NCBI GenBank assembly: GCA_002633005.1
Contig: NMRA01000364.1
Coordinates: 1-55,223, forward strand
Direction of reading: 5' to 3'
Source: Phoronis australis
Lineage: Eukaryota > Animalia > Phoronida
DNA: 55,223 nucleotides
Of this stretch, positions 36,692 through 50,400 are shown piece by piece (positions within the stretch are counted from its first letter, which is position 1; each line of letters begins with the position of its first letter). The notes below the pieces were generated by a model. That model saw only the letters and a list, made by a program, of their open reading frames with translations, was not told the DNA's origin and did no database searches. Position numbers and translations under genes: made by a program.

Positions 36692-37203
36692 CAAGTGGGG
36701 TAATCAACAATTGGTCGGACTTCGAAACCTCTTGCCTGGACCTTAAAAACCAGCTGGCTGCCGGGACTGCAATTGGCCGGTGCTCTTTCTAACTTGGTAG
36801 TCAGACCTCAAAACGCGATGCCCGGTACCTAGTCAAAACCAGATGGCCGCACAAAAAAACTCGTTCGGGCCAGACCTAAAACTGGTTGGCCGGTGCTCAA
36901 ACACAACAGCCTAACAAATCGCCGATTTTGAACAAAAAACAAACGGGTACGAATCATGTCACTTGAATCCTTCGAGACTTTCAAAGTGAGTCTCTCTGAA
37001 CGGTCCGGCCGTCGCGTCGTGTTTGACCACCGGGCACCAGGTTGTAGCACCAGCCATCGCGTTTTGGGTCCAGCCAACTATTTTTTGGGTGAGGCCATCG
37101 CGTTTTGAAGTCCGGAAGACACATTTCATCACCGTCCATTTGGTTTTTGCGGTGCCGAGCCGACTGGTTTTGAAATCACTCGACCGATTGTTAATTCCCC
37201 TTG
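36692..37203. mobile_element. MITE/foldback element, ~510 bp
   Basis: TIRs CAAGTGGGGTAATCAACAATTGGTCG / CGACCGATTGTTAATTCCCCTTG, with internal inverted AAAACGCGATG / CATCGCGTTTT subrepeats. Confidence 0.7.
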
Positions 37204-38443
37204 TAGACTACGCCGGTGCAGCGTTGTAGTTGCAAATCATGAAATCAAAGTCACAACTAATAGTCAGACTTGCGGTGACTATGTGACTGAGACGAGATCT
37301 CGTTACTAGCCACAACCAGCCCCTACCCACTAGAATTATCAAGGTGTCGAGATGTAATAGGGACCGGGCGCTGAACAAACAAAAAACCGCTTCGAGAGAA
37401 CAACAGGATGATAGACCCGGCGAAGCCCGCATGGATTGTTTCGCCCTCTCGGCCTTCTGTTACTGAACAGTTACAAAATGTTCTGGTTTGTGGCGATCTG
37501 ACGTGGCGGACTGATGCCTTAGCGGTCTGGTGTGGCGGCCTCATATGGCAGTCTCACGTGGCAGTCTGTCTCTGCTCTATTATCCAGTTCATTATCTTGA
37601 TGTGACCACCCAACTGACGACCCTTACAATCAGGCTATTAGTTGTTCTTGTACAATGTACGATGAAAATTCGTGCGTAATTAACACTCCGTGAACCCATA
37701 AGCTGCTCTTGTTAAAAACAAACAAAAAACGCCAATTCAAGTGGAATGTAAATGTTCATTGTAGTGGACATATGAACAGTTTTGTACACGTGACACTACA
37801 ACGAGATACCCAACATACAAATTCCTTGTTTACTCAATTAGTTTTATTACAGTTTCTGTTTACCACATGGATCCTGTTCAACACTCGGTCTCAAAAAGCG
37901 TCACAAAATACGTCAGCGTTGTCCCATGTCAACACGAGCCAACGGCTTCAAATGTCTAATGCAATACTGTAATAAATCATCAATCCTTATGATTGGTTGA
38001 TTTATTACAATGATGTTATATTTAGATAACTGTTATTATTCCTGACTTCTGATTGGCTGATGAATTACATAAAGAAAGTCTGGAATAATGACAATAAGTA
38101 TTCATTACTATAAATATTTACTGTTGTCATTATCCGTGATTTCTGCTTGGCTGATTAATAACTGTCATAATTATTTATTGCTGTCGTAAATATTTATGAA
38201 TGCCATTCTTTTTATTACTAGCTGCGGATTGACTAAAGAATTATTGTAATATATCGGACCTATATGTTACACATGGCCAACGATACACGTGTCGGATGCT
38301 AAACACAACACGAGTCGGATTGGTCAGTCTGTGACAAAGGTCGGCGGGTATTTATGTGTTTTGGACGTCAACTTTTTTCATACAGTCATTTACTTAATGG
38401 TACCCTGTAATTCTATATTGACGGTGAACGAACGTCGGGAAAG

Positions 38444-41400
38444 ATGACGAAACTAACGCACTTTGGAAATACAGTGGAATCTGCAGGAGAATTTGGGTTA
38501 TTTCAAAAGTTGACTTTCGTCTTATTGTCTCTTATGGCAATTCCTAGTACTATGGTGACTTTAAATTACGCATTCACGACTGCTACGCCAAATTTTCATT
38601 GCTTGAAAAATGCAAATGAAGAGGAAAATGTCACGTATCATAAAAATGAAACTGTCTTTCATGTCAACGCTGATGCAGTGGATATCTTTAATGCTGGATT
38701 TAGAGCAAGTGATCATTGTTTTGAGATCTCTCCTAAGGACAGTCATGCTGGACATCGTCTTCAAGATGAACGACAACTGTGTTCAACGTGGGTATTCGAC
38801 AAATCCCAATACATCAACACCATTGCCACTGAATGGAATTTGGTGTGTGACGACAGTTGGCTTTTGGCTACTTCCCAGGCTGTGTACGTGTGTGGTGACA
38901 TGGTTGGTGGTATTGTGTCAGGTTGCTTGGCAGACAGGTTTGTATGACCTTGAGGTCGTTGAACTGAACTTAATCAAAATAATAGAACTCAAGCCCTGGA
39001 ATGCCAACTCCGATCTCGCGGCCTCTGAGGTTGCACCGCGCATGCTACTCCAGGCACCTACCCAGGGACACAGGTCGATGCTTATAAAGAATGACCAGTA
39101 TAATTGTCATGTTTGTTGATTGACTTTGCCGAGAAATCGATGATTGTAATCGTAGCTCAAAAGTCTCGCTTGATGAACAATAATAACAAAATGGCGATGA
39201 GGCAATGAAATTTGACTTGATTTGATAACTGCAACTCTCGCCCAAAACCCAGACGAACAGAAAGTTGGAAATTCTCAGTGTAAACTCTCTCGGCTAGTCT
39301 CGGGGTCGTCCGTTCTAATAATAGAATACTTAGGTCACGTGCGGGGGTTGGCATTCCAGGGCTAGAGTTCTATGATTAAAACACATAACTCTGGGATAGA
39401 GTTCAAAGACGCAAACTAATTTTGTTTTAAATAACTTATTACTGCTGGTTTCTTCGGCTTGGAAATAGGTCCTAATGACTGAAATTGCTTGAGTCCATCG
39501 CAATACTTGGCGCAAAAGATGCGCACCCGGCGTGACATTTAAAGAGGGTTTAAACCCGCCTTTCATGACAAACCATTCACCATTGCAATACTAGTTTCGA
39601 ACTGCTCCTGAGTTAAACCAGTTGTAATTTCTGGGCTTGGGAAGAACTTATTCGCCGAGCATCGTTTACTATGACGTAAGCCAACACTGCGCCAACAGAG
39701 TAGAGCGACGTCTTTCGTGAAAGTGGTCAAGCTTGTTGTTGAGCAACAACGCAATTTTTTACAAGACCCAAAATCACTTCTTATCTGCTAGAGTAACGAA
39801 CACGTTGAGACCATTTTTACAGCGGTTAGTGGTCTAAATGGAAACTTACTAATCTCGGAGGGAAGGCGAGGTTATCGCCCCTTTAAGCAACTTTGTAAAC
39901 CTGGAATGTGTTAAGACTTTAAAAGGAGTTGACCTATCGCAAGCTCCGCCCAACCTTGCGTAATGTCGACTAACAAACAATAAGTTTTAGTCTGCAACGT
40001 GTTGTTTGTCGGGTATAATGACGGCTTGGAAACAAAATCCTGGCGATAGGTCAATAACCGAACAAAAGTTCAATCGTGTAAGTACCAGCATATTGCTGCC
40101 TTGTAATTTACACAAATTAGTATCAGCAGTTAAGAGTATATTCTCAGATAATTTGAACTAAAGCGAGTTTTAATAATTTCCGAGTATGTTGAACGTAAGA
40201 TCAAATTTATGACTTCAGTCACTTAAGGAAACAAACCTTGGGTCTCAAGCAATTACGTAATAACATTGATAATGTTTCTTCCAAGCCCAGAAATAACCTG
40301 GTTATAACATAGCCGGATCAACAATCTAGAATTTTCAATTTGTTGACTTGGACCCCCCTTTTAAAAAAAATCTTTGATCCGCCCTACTTTATAAAAAATC
40401 CTGAACTCACCCCTGTACAACGGCAAGTAATATGAAGCAAGAGAGACGGAGCGCTAATTTCTATACAGTGAAGTCTGTTGCAGATCATCTGTAATAGAGT
40501 TTCGAAAGATTTTATGCTTTATATTGCATAGAGAAGAAAAGTGTGTTTATATTCTTTATTTCCATTTTACGTCTCCAGTCTCGTGGTTGACGAGTATTTA
40601 CAAATGATAACTGCTTTATTTTGCACAATATCACAACTATTTCTTTAAATGGAATAGTAGACTAGTAAGATTCTCACCATAACAACAGCTCAATCGCAAC
40701 CGTTTTTGATGTTGCGTTTAGAAAAAATATAGATGCTGATTATCCTGATAATGCATAGTTTCCATGAGTGTTAATTACTATTTCCCCGATGTATCTTCAC
40801 TATCCATGGATCAATAAGAGGCCCGGATTTATTTCCATCGGGTAAACAGAAACAGATGTCATACTTGGTGTTGTTCAGGTCATTCGTGTTTTGCTCAATG
40901 AAAGTGAACAGCAGAGGTCAGCGACCGACTGGTTACTAAGCTGTTATGAGGCTTTCCTTTTATATATACTCGAGCGCATTCATTCATTCAGCCGACTAAC
41001 TGGTTCCATAGAACTCTAGGACTTCTATGTTGTGATTCGCGTATCGACCAGTCGATACATGTACGCGGAATAATGTCTAGTGGGATATTACTTCACCTAC
41101 GCTAATCGAGGTGTATTTATCCCATACGCTTCGAATTCCTGAGTTTCTTTCATTTTTTCGTCAGATTTTTTAAATACTTCACCCAGATTGTTCCCTTGGC
41201 GGATCACATCCTATATGAGTATGCTTGCGCGTTAAGTTAAAGTTTTCTTTAGTAAAAGAATGAGTTTCAAATGCAACAATTTCTTACTTTCAGTTCTGTT
41301 CCAGATATTACGATTGAGACCTGATTGTATGTTGTTATTTACACTGCTATAACTTTTAACTGTTTTCCGAAAGTTTGGTGATCGAACCAGCTAACGACGT

Positions 41401-44400
41401 CGAGTCGACATTGACCTACCTTTTGAACTTTCTATGTCAGAGGTCACTGTTGAAGTAGTGCGGGAGGTGAATACGGAAAACTTTATTACATGGCCGTATT
41501 AACCTCGACAGATTCAACGCGTATGTGATAAAAGCCCTTGACCTCCACCAGGTAAAAAAGTCATCTCAAACCTTATTTAGTAGCCTACATTCTAACTCAT
41601 GTATCAAGAAAACCGGCTTTGTCAACTTGTAAAAGTATATATTTTCTGAAAGAAAAAAGATCAGGGATTACAAAAATTTATTTGGTATTTATGTGCCGTT
41701 ATTATTATTACGTTAATATTTTTTAAGTCAAAATTTCATGTTTAAGAAAGACACATTCATAGCAGAATAACCCCTGGACCCCTGGATCTATTTTAATAAA
41801 ACCCTTTTGAATGAAAAGTTCACTAATTGCCTCAAAAGCTCTTTTAAGAATTTTCGATTAGTCTTTAAATTTGGTTTCTATGACAAGTCAACACGCAAAA
41901 CGTTTTTTTTTTGAAAAAATAGCGACCGTATTCGTGTTTACGCAAAAACTAGGCCTTTGTATCACAACTATTAACAGCGTTTTTGAGCTTAATGAACAAG
42001 TATTAAAGGCGAAGGCAACCTTTTTCCATGTCATTTTGAGCTAAAATAAGGTTGGTTGGTTATCCTAGACATATTTTCCACTTAATTACAGCTTTTCGTA
42101 ATTTTATTAATTNNNNNNNNNNNNNNNNNNNNNNNNNNNNNNNNNNNNNNNNNNNNNNNNNNNNNNNNNNNNNNNNNNNNNNNNNNNNNNNNNNNNNNNN
42201 NNNNNNNNNNNNNNNNNNNNNNNNNNNNNNNNNNNNNNNNNNNNNNNNNNNNNNNNNNNNNNNNNNNNNNNNNNNNNNNNNNNNNNNNNNNNNNNNNNNN
42301 NNNNNNNNNNNNNNNNNNNNNNNNNNNNNNNNNNNNNNNNNNNNNNNNNNNNNNNNNNNNNNNNNNNNNNNNNNNNNNNNNNNNNNNNNNNNNNNNNNNN
42401 NNNNNNNNNNNNNNNNNNNNNNNNNNNNNNNNNNNNNNNNNNNNNNNNNNNNNNNNNNNNNNNNNNNNNNNNNNNNNNNNNNNNNNNNNNNNNNNNNNNN
42501 NNNNNNNNNNNNNNNNNNNNNNNNNNNNNNNNNNNNNNNNNNNNNNNNNNNNNNNNNNNNNNNNNNNNNNNNNNNNNNNNNNNNNNNNNNNNNNNNNNNN
42601 NNNNNNNNNNNNNNNNNNNNNNNNNNNNNNNNNNNNNNNNNNNNNNNNNNNNNNNNNNNNNNNNNNNNNNNNNNNNNNNNNNNNNNNNNNNNNNNNNNNN
42701 NNNNNNNNNNNNNNNNNNNNNNNNNNNNNNNNNNNNNNNNNNNNNNNNNNNNNNNNNNNNNNNNNNNNNNNNNNNNNNNNNNNNNNNNNNNNNNNNNNNN
42801 NNNNNNNNNNNNNNNNNNNNNNNNNNNNNNNNNNNNNNNNNNNNNNNNNNNNNNNNNNNNNNNNNNNNNNNNNNNNNNNNNNNNNNNNNNNNNNNNNNNN
42901 NNNNNNNNNNNNNNNNNNNNNNNNNNNNNNNNNNNNNNNNNNNNNNNNNNNNNNNNNAGTGTGTCATCCATCGGAAAGCGATGCAAAGGTACTCCCAAAG
43001 CGCGCGTGAGCCGATAACTAGTACATTCCGGTACGCAGCAACAGTGTGGCATGTTGACTGACTAGTAAATGAAAGCAAACGACAACGGAACTTAACACAA
43101 CCGAGGTAGAACAATGACTGACTCGGCAGCTCTCACCATCAGACTATAGAAAAGAAATTGACCCGAAATGCTTGCCTCCTAAAACGTCACTTCCGCAGTA
43201 GCGGACGAGTAATTAATAAAATTACGAAAAGCTGTAATTAAGAGGAAAATATGTCTAGGATAACCAACCAACTTTATTTTAGCTCAAAATGACATGGAAA
43301 AAGGTTGCCTTCGCCTTTAAGTTTGGAAAGTTTCAGCGAAATCTACCCAGCTGTCTTCGAAAACTCGTGTTCCTGAGTTCAAATTAAGTAAATTTCAAAC
43401 TTAATAGATTTGTCGAAGCCGAGAAAAAGCCGATTTATATCTCTATCTCTATCTCTCTAGTAACACTTCACACTCGAAGTCGAGTATTCTGAGGTGGCGC
43501 ATGTTATGAAATTAAAAATGCAATGGTGAGATGTGAGTATGTAAAAGAGTGTAGTGTGAGGGCGCAGTGCATTGTGCATGAAGTACAATGATGTCTAGCT
43601 GAGTGACGCAAAAATCTCAAGATCTTCGACTAATTATTCGTCCCCGTGAAAACTTGTTGTCGGTCAACCTATATGTGCCAAAACGTTTTAAAGATGTATC
43701 TGCATGCACCTAACTATGCTAATGTATAGCCTTGTAACCTTTGACCTCGGGTGAGTAGCAAACAAAATTCCACGCGGTTGTGCCGTTCCAAGGTGGTTCT
43801 GCCAAATCTCTTTTCCTCGCTACGCGATATACATTTCGTATTTCAGTTTGAATGAAGATAAGGTATTTTGCTATTTTGTGAGATATTGTAAAAATGAAGC
43901 AAATCACGCGATTTGTCAATTTTAGATTCGATTCTCCGAGTAAAGTTCGGGAGTATACGAAATTGGATACTTGTCGTGCACGATTTATAGCTCTCATTTG
44001 TAACAACCTGTTGGACTGTAGACATTTCTTTGTCATCTGATTATATTATTTTCAGATATGGCCGGAGGATAGTTCTGGTTGTTTCCATAATAATAACGGC
44101 TGCAGCAACTATCGCCGAGAGCTTCTCACCAACTTATATTGCACTAGTGACTCTCCGGTTCCCAGGCGGACTATTCAAAAGTGTCACGTGGACAACAAGT
44201 TTTGTTTTGAGTAGGTTTGACACGTGAAGTACTACTAAGCCTTTCTAGGCCAGAATACGATAATTTAAAGTGTTGTTTAAATCTCGCTAACCGCAAATTA
44301 AGTTAAGCCAAAATTGCAAACTTAAAATTGGAATAACTCAAGTTATCGGGGATACATCTTCTCGTTGTTACATGCCAGTGAACTCCATTCGAACCATGGT

Positions 44401-47400
44401 TTTATCCTGTATAATTCGGATTGCGGTTCCTCCCCAAAACATAAACCACATACCCTAGTTTTCAAAGATGGCGCTGCATGGATCTTTAAAGGTAATCATT
44501 TCGGCAAAGCAGTTCAACAAAACTTGTTCCCAACCGATTTTCTTTCAACATGCTATTGCGACGTCTGGTGGTGCTCTAATAAAATGGCACTATGAACCAC
44601 TGTGTTGAATGATATTGAACCCCATTGGCGAAGTGGGAAAAAGGTCCGCCTCAGAGAAACAAAAACTCCAAAAAAGTTGAAAACGATGCAAAAGTCCACT
44701 AAAAAGATAGGGACATCCAAAATTCGGCGAATGCTCAATTCATAGCTCTGAACGTACCCCGCGAATCTTATTAAAAGATCCACATTCTCAAAAATTCCGG
44801 CGAGCCCCCCATTTTTAGGCCGAGTGCGCGCATGCATAGAGCATAGTATCTCAATGTTTCATAAGCATCCAATCAGCCGTTTCTAAAACATGGTATTCCG
44901 AAAACAAATTTCTAGGATCCTGCTGAACCTTAACTTGCCACGATTCGATTTTTATGATAGCTGCAAAATTAAAACCGACACTCGCCATTGCGTGTAAAAC
45001 AATGTCAGAAGTTAATAGCCATATTACCTAAATACCGCTCAACATAATTTCCACTAACTACATTGAAAGAACGTTGTTTCATCACTAAAAGACTAGGAAT
45101 CGTCCATAATTACCGTCATATACAAAAGTGTACAAGACGTATACTCGGAGGGCGGAGATTAACAGCGAGCGTATGAAGTTTTCAAAATGTTGGTAAATAT
45201 CATTTTAACTGGAGGCGCAAAATCAACTTTTTGGAAATACTCTTTCCACATTTTTTTGTGTTCTTAATTATGGACAAATTTGCAGTACATGAATGTACGT
45301 ATATGCAATGTCGTTCTAGTTCTTGAGTTCATCGGGACATCATGGCGCTCTGTTGTTGGTGTTGGCATTCATTTTTTCCACGTGACTGGTGTCTTCTGCC
45401 TCGCATTGCTTGCCTATCTTGTGCGAGACTGGAGAGATTTGCAGCTTTATTGTAGCCTGCCGTTTGCTGTCTTGGTTGTTTTGTATTTCTGGTAAGTATA
45501 GGTACAAATCATTCCGATGTGAATCTGTAATCGAGCTCATTCACAGGTGGATACTACCTGAATTTGCATAATTTATGAAAATTATTTAAAACGGCATTTC
45601 GCCATGTTCAATTGGCTAAAGCACGAAAGTCAAATTAGACTTTAATCTAATTAAATCGGTCCCTAAAATTTCCTTAGCATAGGAATTGTTTTCTTTTACC
45701 ATGAAGAGCTTACAGGTCAAGAAACCCCTCGTAAAATTGTGAACTTTGTAAAAGAGTCCACGGTTTCGACCACCATCTTAAGTATTTAATTTAGTATAGA
45801 ATATCTTGGCAGCAAATTTGCTTTGATACGCGAGATCTGCCTGCCGCCAACTAGAGCGTTTACCTATTAAAGGAGAATGCCACCCGACTTAATTAGTCTT
45901 TTTCATCGTCTTAAACGGTCTATATCCACACGGTCAACCTCACCTTGCCGAGAGGTGTCGCGTTAACCTGTGAGGAAGGTGAGAAACGACGCAGCGACGT
46001 CAGTGGTTCGTTTGCAGAGTGAATGCCACTATATTTTGCAGTGCATCGTTCCCGCTTGTCCGTACTATGAAGCTGCAAAGAAAGCGGATATATCGTTCTT
46101 TTTGACTTCCTCGAGAGCCCGAAATGCTTAGGAAGTGGCTCGAGGTAGTGAAGAATGAAAGGTACGCTGTTAATAGCAAGTATGAGGCCGTGAAACATCT
46201 CCGTGTCTGTGGCCGGCATTTCATCGACAGTGATTTCTCTGACGAATTCCAGCTTACCAAAGAACTATCCATACGTTCCGTTGCCTGTGCATGTTCATGG
46301 CGCCTCTCTAGTATTTCTTTATCAGTGTATTCTGGTTCAAACTGACAGCAATTGAAACCTAACGATCCGATCCGTGAGGTCTTCGTCGGATGAGCTCTTG
46401 ACTAACTTAAGTCGGGATTGGCGCCGGGCGAGTTGCCATGTAGACGTTTATTATTTTGCGTTCTGTTTCAAAGTGAATTATTCTCATCCTAACCAATGCT
46501 TATATAAATCTAAAACATAGTCTGTCTCATTAGATACAATTTGTAATGCCTTTGCAGTATTCGTGAGTGTAAATATTGAGAAGCCATCAACTAAATAAAC
46601 CACTGCGTTACCGCGGCTTTTAATGCCGGCAATAAAGGTAATTGACCGGGAACCGAGGCCGTCTGAGCGCATGCTAATTCAGTGTTTGCTGACAGAAAGC
46701 TGTTGTGAAACAATTACTCGATTTTATATGCTATGGTCAATGGGAATCTTTATTTAGAAATACAAATATATTATTCAAATCATTGTTACTGTACAACCTT
46801 TGCCCTAACAGTCTGTGGAAGGGGAACCCGACTTCGCGGCCCCCGACAAGTAAGTAGATTTTCAGTTTCGTGGCTAATTTTCGTAAATAATTACGTGCAC
46901 CTTATTTCTTTGGCTCATTATTATAGTCTTCGTGACTGAAGGTTTAGTTTCCAACTCAAGCTGGTTTGTGTTCGTGCCAGTACCGGAGACCGCGACAGGC
47001 CTGATCAGGTTCCGAGCCACTGGCCGTGATAGCAAGCGTTTTGTGTGTTAAGAACTTTAAAAAAATCACAAGTCTAAACAACACAGATCTAGGTTCTCCT
47101 GTCTGTATTTCACGGAAGAATACTTCGAATTTATCTCCGAACAGACCCCAAACTCCTGCTACGGACCTTGGTAAATTGGCCTGCCGACCTTTGTAGGCTT
47201 CGGTGTGTCTAAACACCAATAAATCCGTAACAGCGAAATAAAACAACACGTTTTTATAAGAATTCGGTGTATTTTTAATGGTTTTACATCGAAGTTTGAT
47301 GATTTGTTGGTGTTAAATTATGAATTCACGCTATCTATGAGCTGACACCAGTAACCCGTGTTGTGAACTGCTGAACAAACTGCGTGTGAAACCAATGACA

Positions 47401-50400
47401 TCACTGGATTATTTCGACACCTCCGTCTGCTATCAGGTGTCAGGTAACGCAGCCGAACGTACTGTTGTCCAGTAGAACTACTCGATCTAAATTTATACAA
47501 AATAGGTTGTTTTTTTTGGGTGGCATTCTCCTTTAAGTCCGTTAAGAACAAATGTAAGGTTGTCTCCAACAGAACTTGTCTCAATTTGGAACAGAGTGTT
47601 TGCAATACAATCTTTCACTGTGCTACGAAAGGTAGTACTGTCGAATGTTAACAGTCACCACCGTCTCTAGCTCAATAGAGACGGTGTACCTGCTGTATAT
47701 AGGCGCTTCATCCGCCGGAAGCTTTTCGATAAATTATACCTCACACCTACTGAATCATCAAAGTCATGTTGTTATTAATACATTATTTGCATAGAAGAAC
47801 ACCTCAGGAGGCTGTCGATGTCTTTAATTCCTTTCAACTCGAACAAATACTCCCGTTATCAAACTTTTTATCAAGCAGTCCCTCGTTAATTCCCAAAATC
47901 GGTAACTGGCCATTTAACACTTCGCGCTGCAAGTGGCATGGCGTCATATACCCTGGCGTCCAAATCGTCCCACCCCATCTAAAGAAGTGTCCCAAATTTC
48001 GCCACAGAAGTTGAAATAACGTTGCTTAACCCGATTTTGATAAGTTTTTTATGTGGGACGCACAATGTCAGCCTTTATTTGCATAAAATATGCAAAAAAT
48101 TATCTTTCAACGACATGCAAGCTTGTACTAGTTGACCATAGAAACACGGGTCCGTGTACCAAACCGTTTAACTCGTGGTGCCTGGTATCGCAGCTAAAGG
48201 CACACGCGGAAATTTGAATAATTACAACCTTAATATGCAATTGTAAGGATAGTCTGAGCAAAAACTAAATTTTAAATAATGTCGGCCTAAATTTGTATAT
48301 CTAAAATGCTCGAGATTACGACCGATCTAAAATGCTTCGTGAATGAGGAAGTGCTCCCCAACATCAATAAAATACGTACCAAGAATGTCGAAGTCCCCCG
48401 TTGGTGGCTACTTGATTAACTGCGCGGGCGTTTCTTTTGGTCTGAATATTATAAAACGGAAATTTATTTTAGACAGCTGCAAAATGCGACCACTCCATGA
48501 ACTTAAATAAAAACTTTATGAATAATGATGCAAATCGATTTTTCTAAACACACGGATCGATTTTTTCTTCTGTCTATGTCTAGCGTACAATGAGATAATT
48601 ATGATTTGTACTAATTTAACTTCCGTTTATGTCCTTTCAGTTTTGTTTACGAATCTCCCCATTGGTTGCTGGTGACAGGAAAGTATCGTCAAGCTAACAA
48701 CATACTTCACAAGATTGCCCGAATCAATCGTTTGAGATTTTCAAAAAGCTTTAATTTTGTCGCGGAATTGGAAAACTTAGAGAAGAACCGGAAGACGTTC
48801 GAAGGCGTTCATTCTGCTGACACCACTGAGGTGAAAGTAGAGGAGAAATGTAATGTGCTCTATGACGTTTCACAGAAAAAAGATAATGGAAGTAAAAATG
48901 TATCTCCAATTATAAAACTGTTCTCGTCTAGAAAGCTGTTATTTCGTATGCTCGTGCTGTGGCACATTTGGTAAGTGTTACTGTTATTATCTGGAACGCC
49001 ACGTTTCGTCGTTTGCTTACCCAGCTTTTGTGACTGCTTCTAAAAGTACATATTTTTAGTGTTCTTTTTACAAAAGGGTTAAAGGCTATCAGTGCATTTC
49101 ATTTCTTGCAATGAACATTTTCTGCAACAGTTGGCACTTTCGTGTCATTTCTTTCCAAAACCACTATTGCGTTACTATTTTAATATTCCTGTACCAGCTC
49201 TCCAAATCGTCACAAAATATTACACGAACTGATGCTTTGATGTGTTTGATTTTAACCACAAGCATATGCGTGACCTTTTGACCCCGGGTGCAGCCTCGTC
49301 TTCAAGTCTCAAGATGACGGTAATCGGTTTAGCCACTTAAGATTTGGGGAGAAAATATTCTTTCTACGTGCTGCTTGTCCGTAGACACTGACAGCGACAC
49401 AAGAACCCTTTAGACACCTGGATCTCGGAATACTTAAACACCAGTTCTTAAAAATTCTCGTCCTCCCTTCTTTGATGTGATAAAATTTAGTATTTTTTCC
49501 AGAAACTAAACCACATCCAAAGATAGATTTCAACTATTTTCACAGGCGTTGTTATTGCTACCGTTGATGATTCGGAAGCAGAAGACATGGTTTTGGTTAT
49601 TGTTTGAAAATTCTCTTATATTGAAAGCACCTTAGAAATCCCCCTGCTTTTGTATTTAAATGCATAATTTTTCAATGTACTAAGACTAAATTGTTGAATA
49701 AATACTATTCATTATTATTTCTACTATCAGTAGTAGTATTCCAACGATTTTTGTAAAAACTAGTCTGAATCCTGCCGAGTAAATTTCTCTTCACCAAACC
49801 TCAAATTAATGGCTGTACTCATCAGCGCCATCTTGAGGCTGACCCCAAGTGTCGCTTGATCACCACGACGTTGCGCGTGCACAAGGTCAACAGTGTTAAG
49901 GAGAGGTGTTTACGCAAACTCAGGAACAAAACGGTGGTTGTTTACGTTTCACCTATAACCTGAATTTTTCGGGTTTTGATATTTGGACTAATGAAATTAT
50001 GTTCTGTGAAAAGTGGCCCAAAGATGACATCGCGCGTTTCCTTTTTAGTTATCTCGGGATCTCGAGATAATTTTCCTCACTGTACCTCTGTACGTACTAC
50101 GTTGTTTTTGCAGGGTGACTATTATATTCGTATTTTACGGCCTGGTTTTTTATTCTACGGATCTCAGTGGGAACGACTACGTTAACTTCGCGCTCACCGG
50201 AGCAGTGGAAATTCCCGCCTATTTGCTGGCTGCCGTGCTTAGCAAAACATGGAGCCATCGTCTGCCATTGGCATCCTCGCTACTTCTCTGTGGCATCTTC
50301 ATGCTAAGTTCTGCTGCGTTTTCTCCTGGTAGGTTGGTGCCTGTTCGGTGCTGTCTTAAAAAATTGAAAAATCAAGTTGTGTCTTGGATTCGTGGTGTTT

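Noticed and set aside
42052-43114. 321-335 aa ORFs in the ORF track
   Set aside because: They consist almost entirely of N-gap. Only the THAP start is real.
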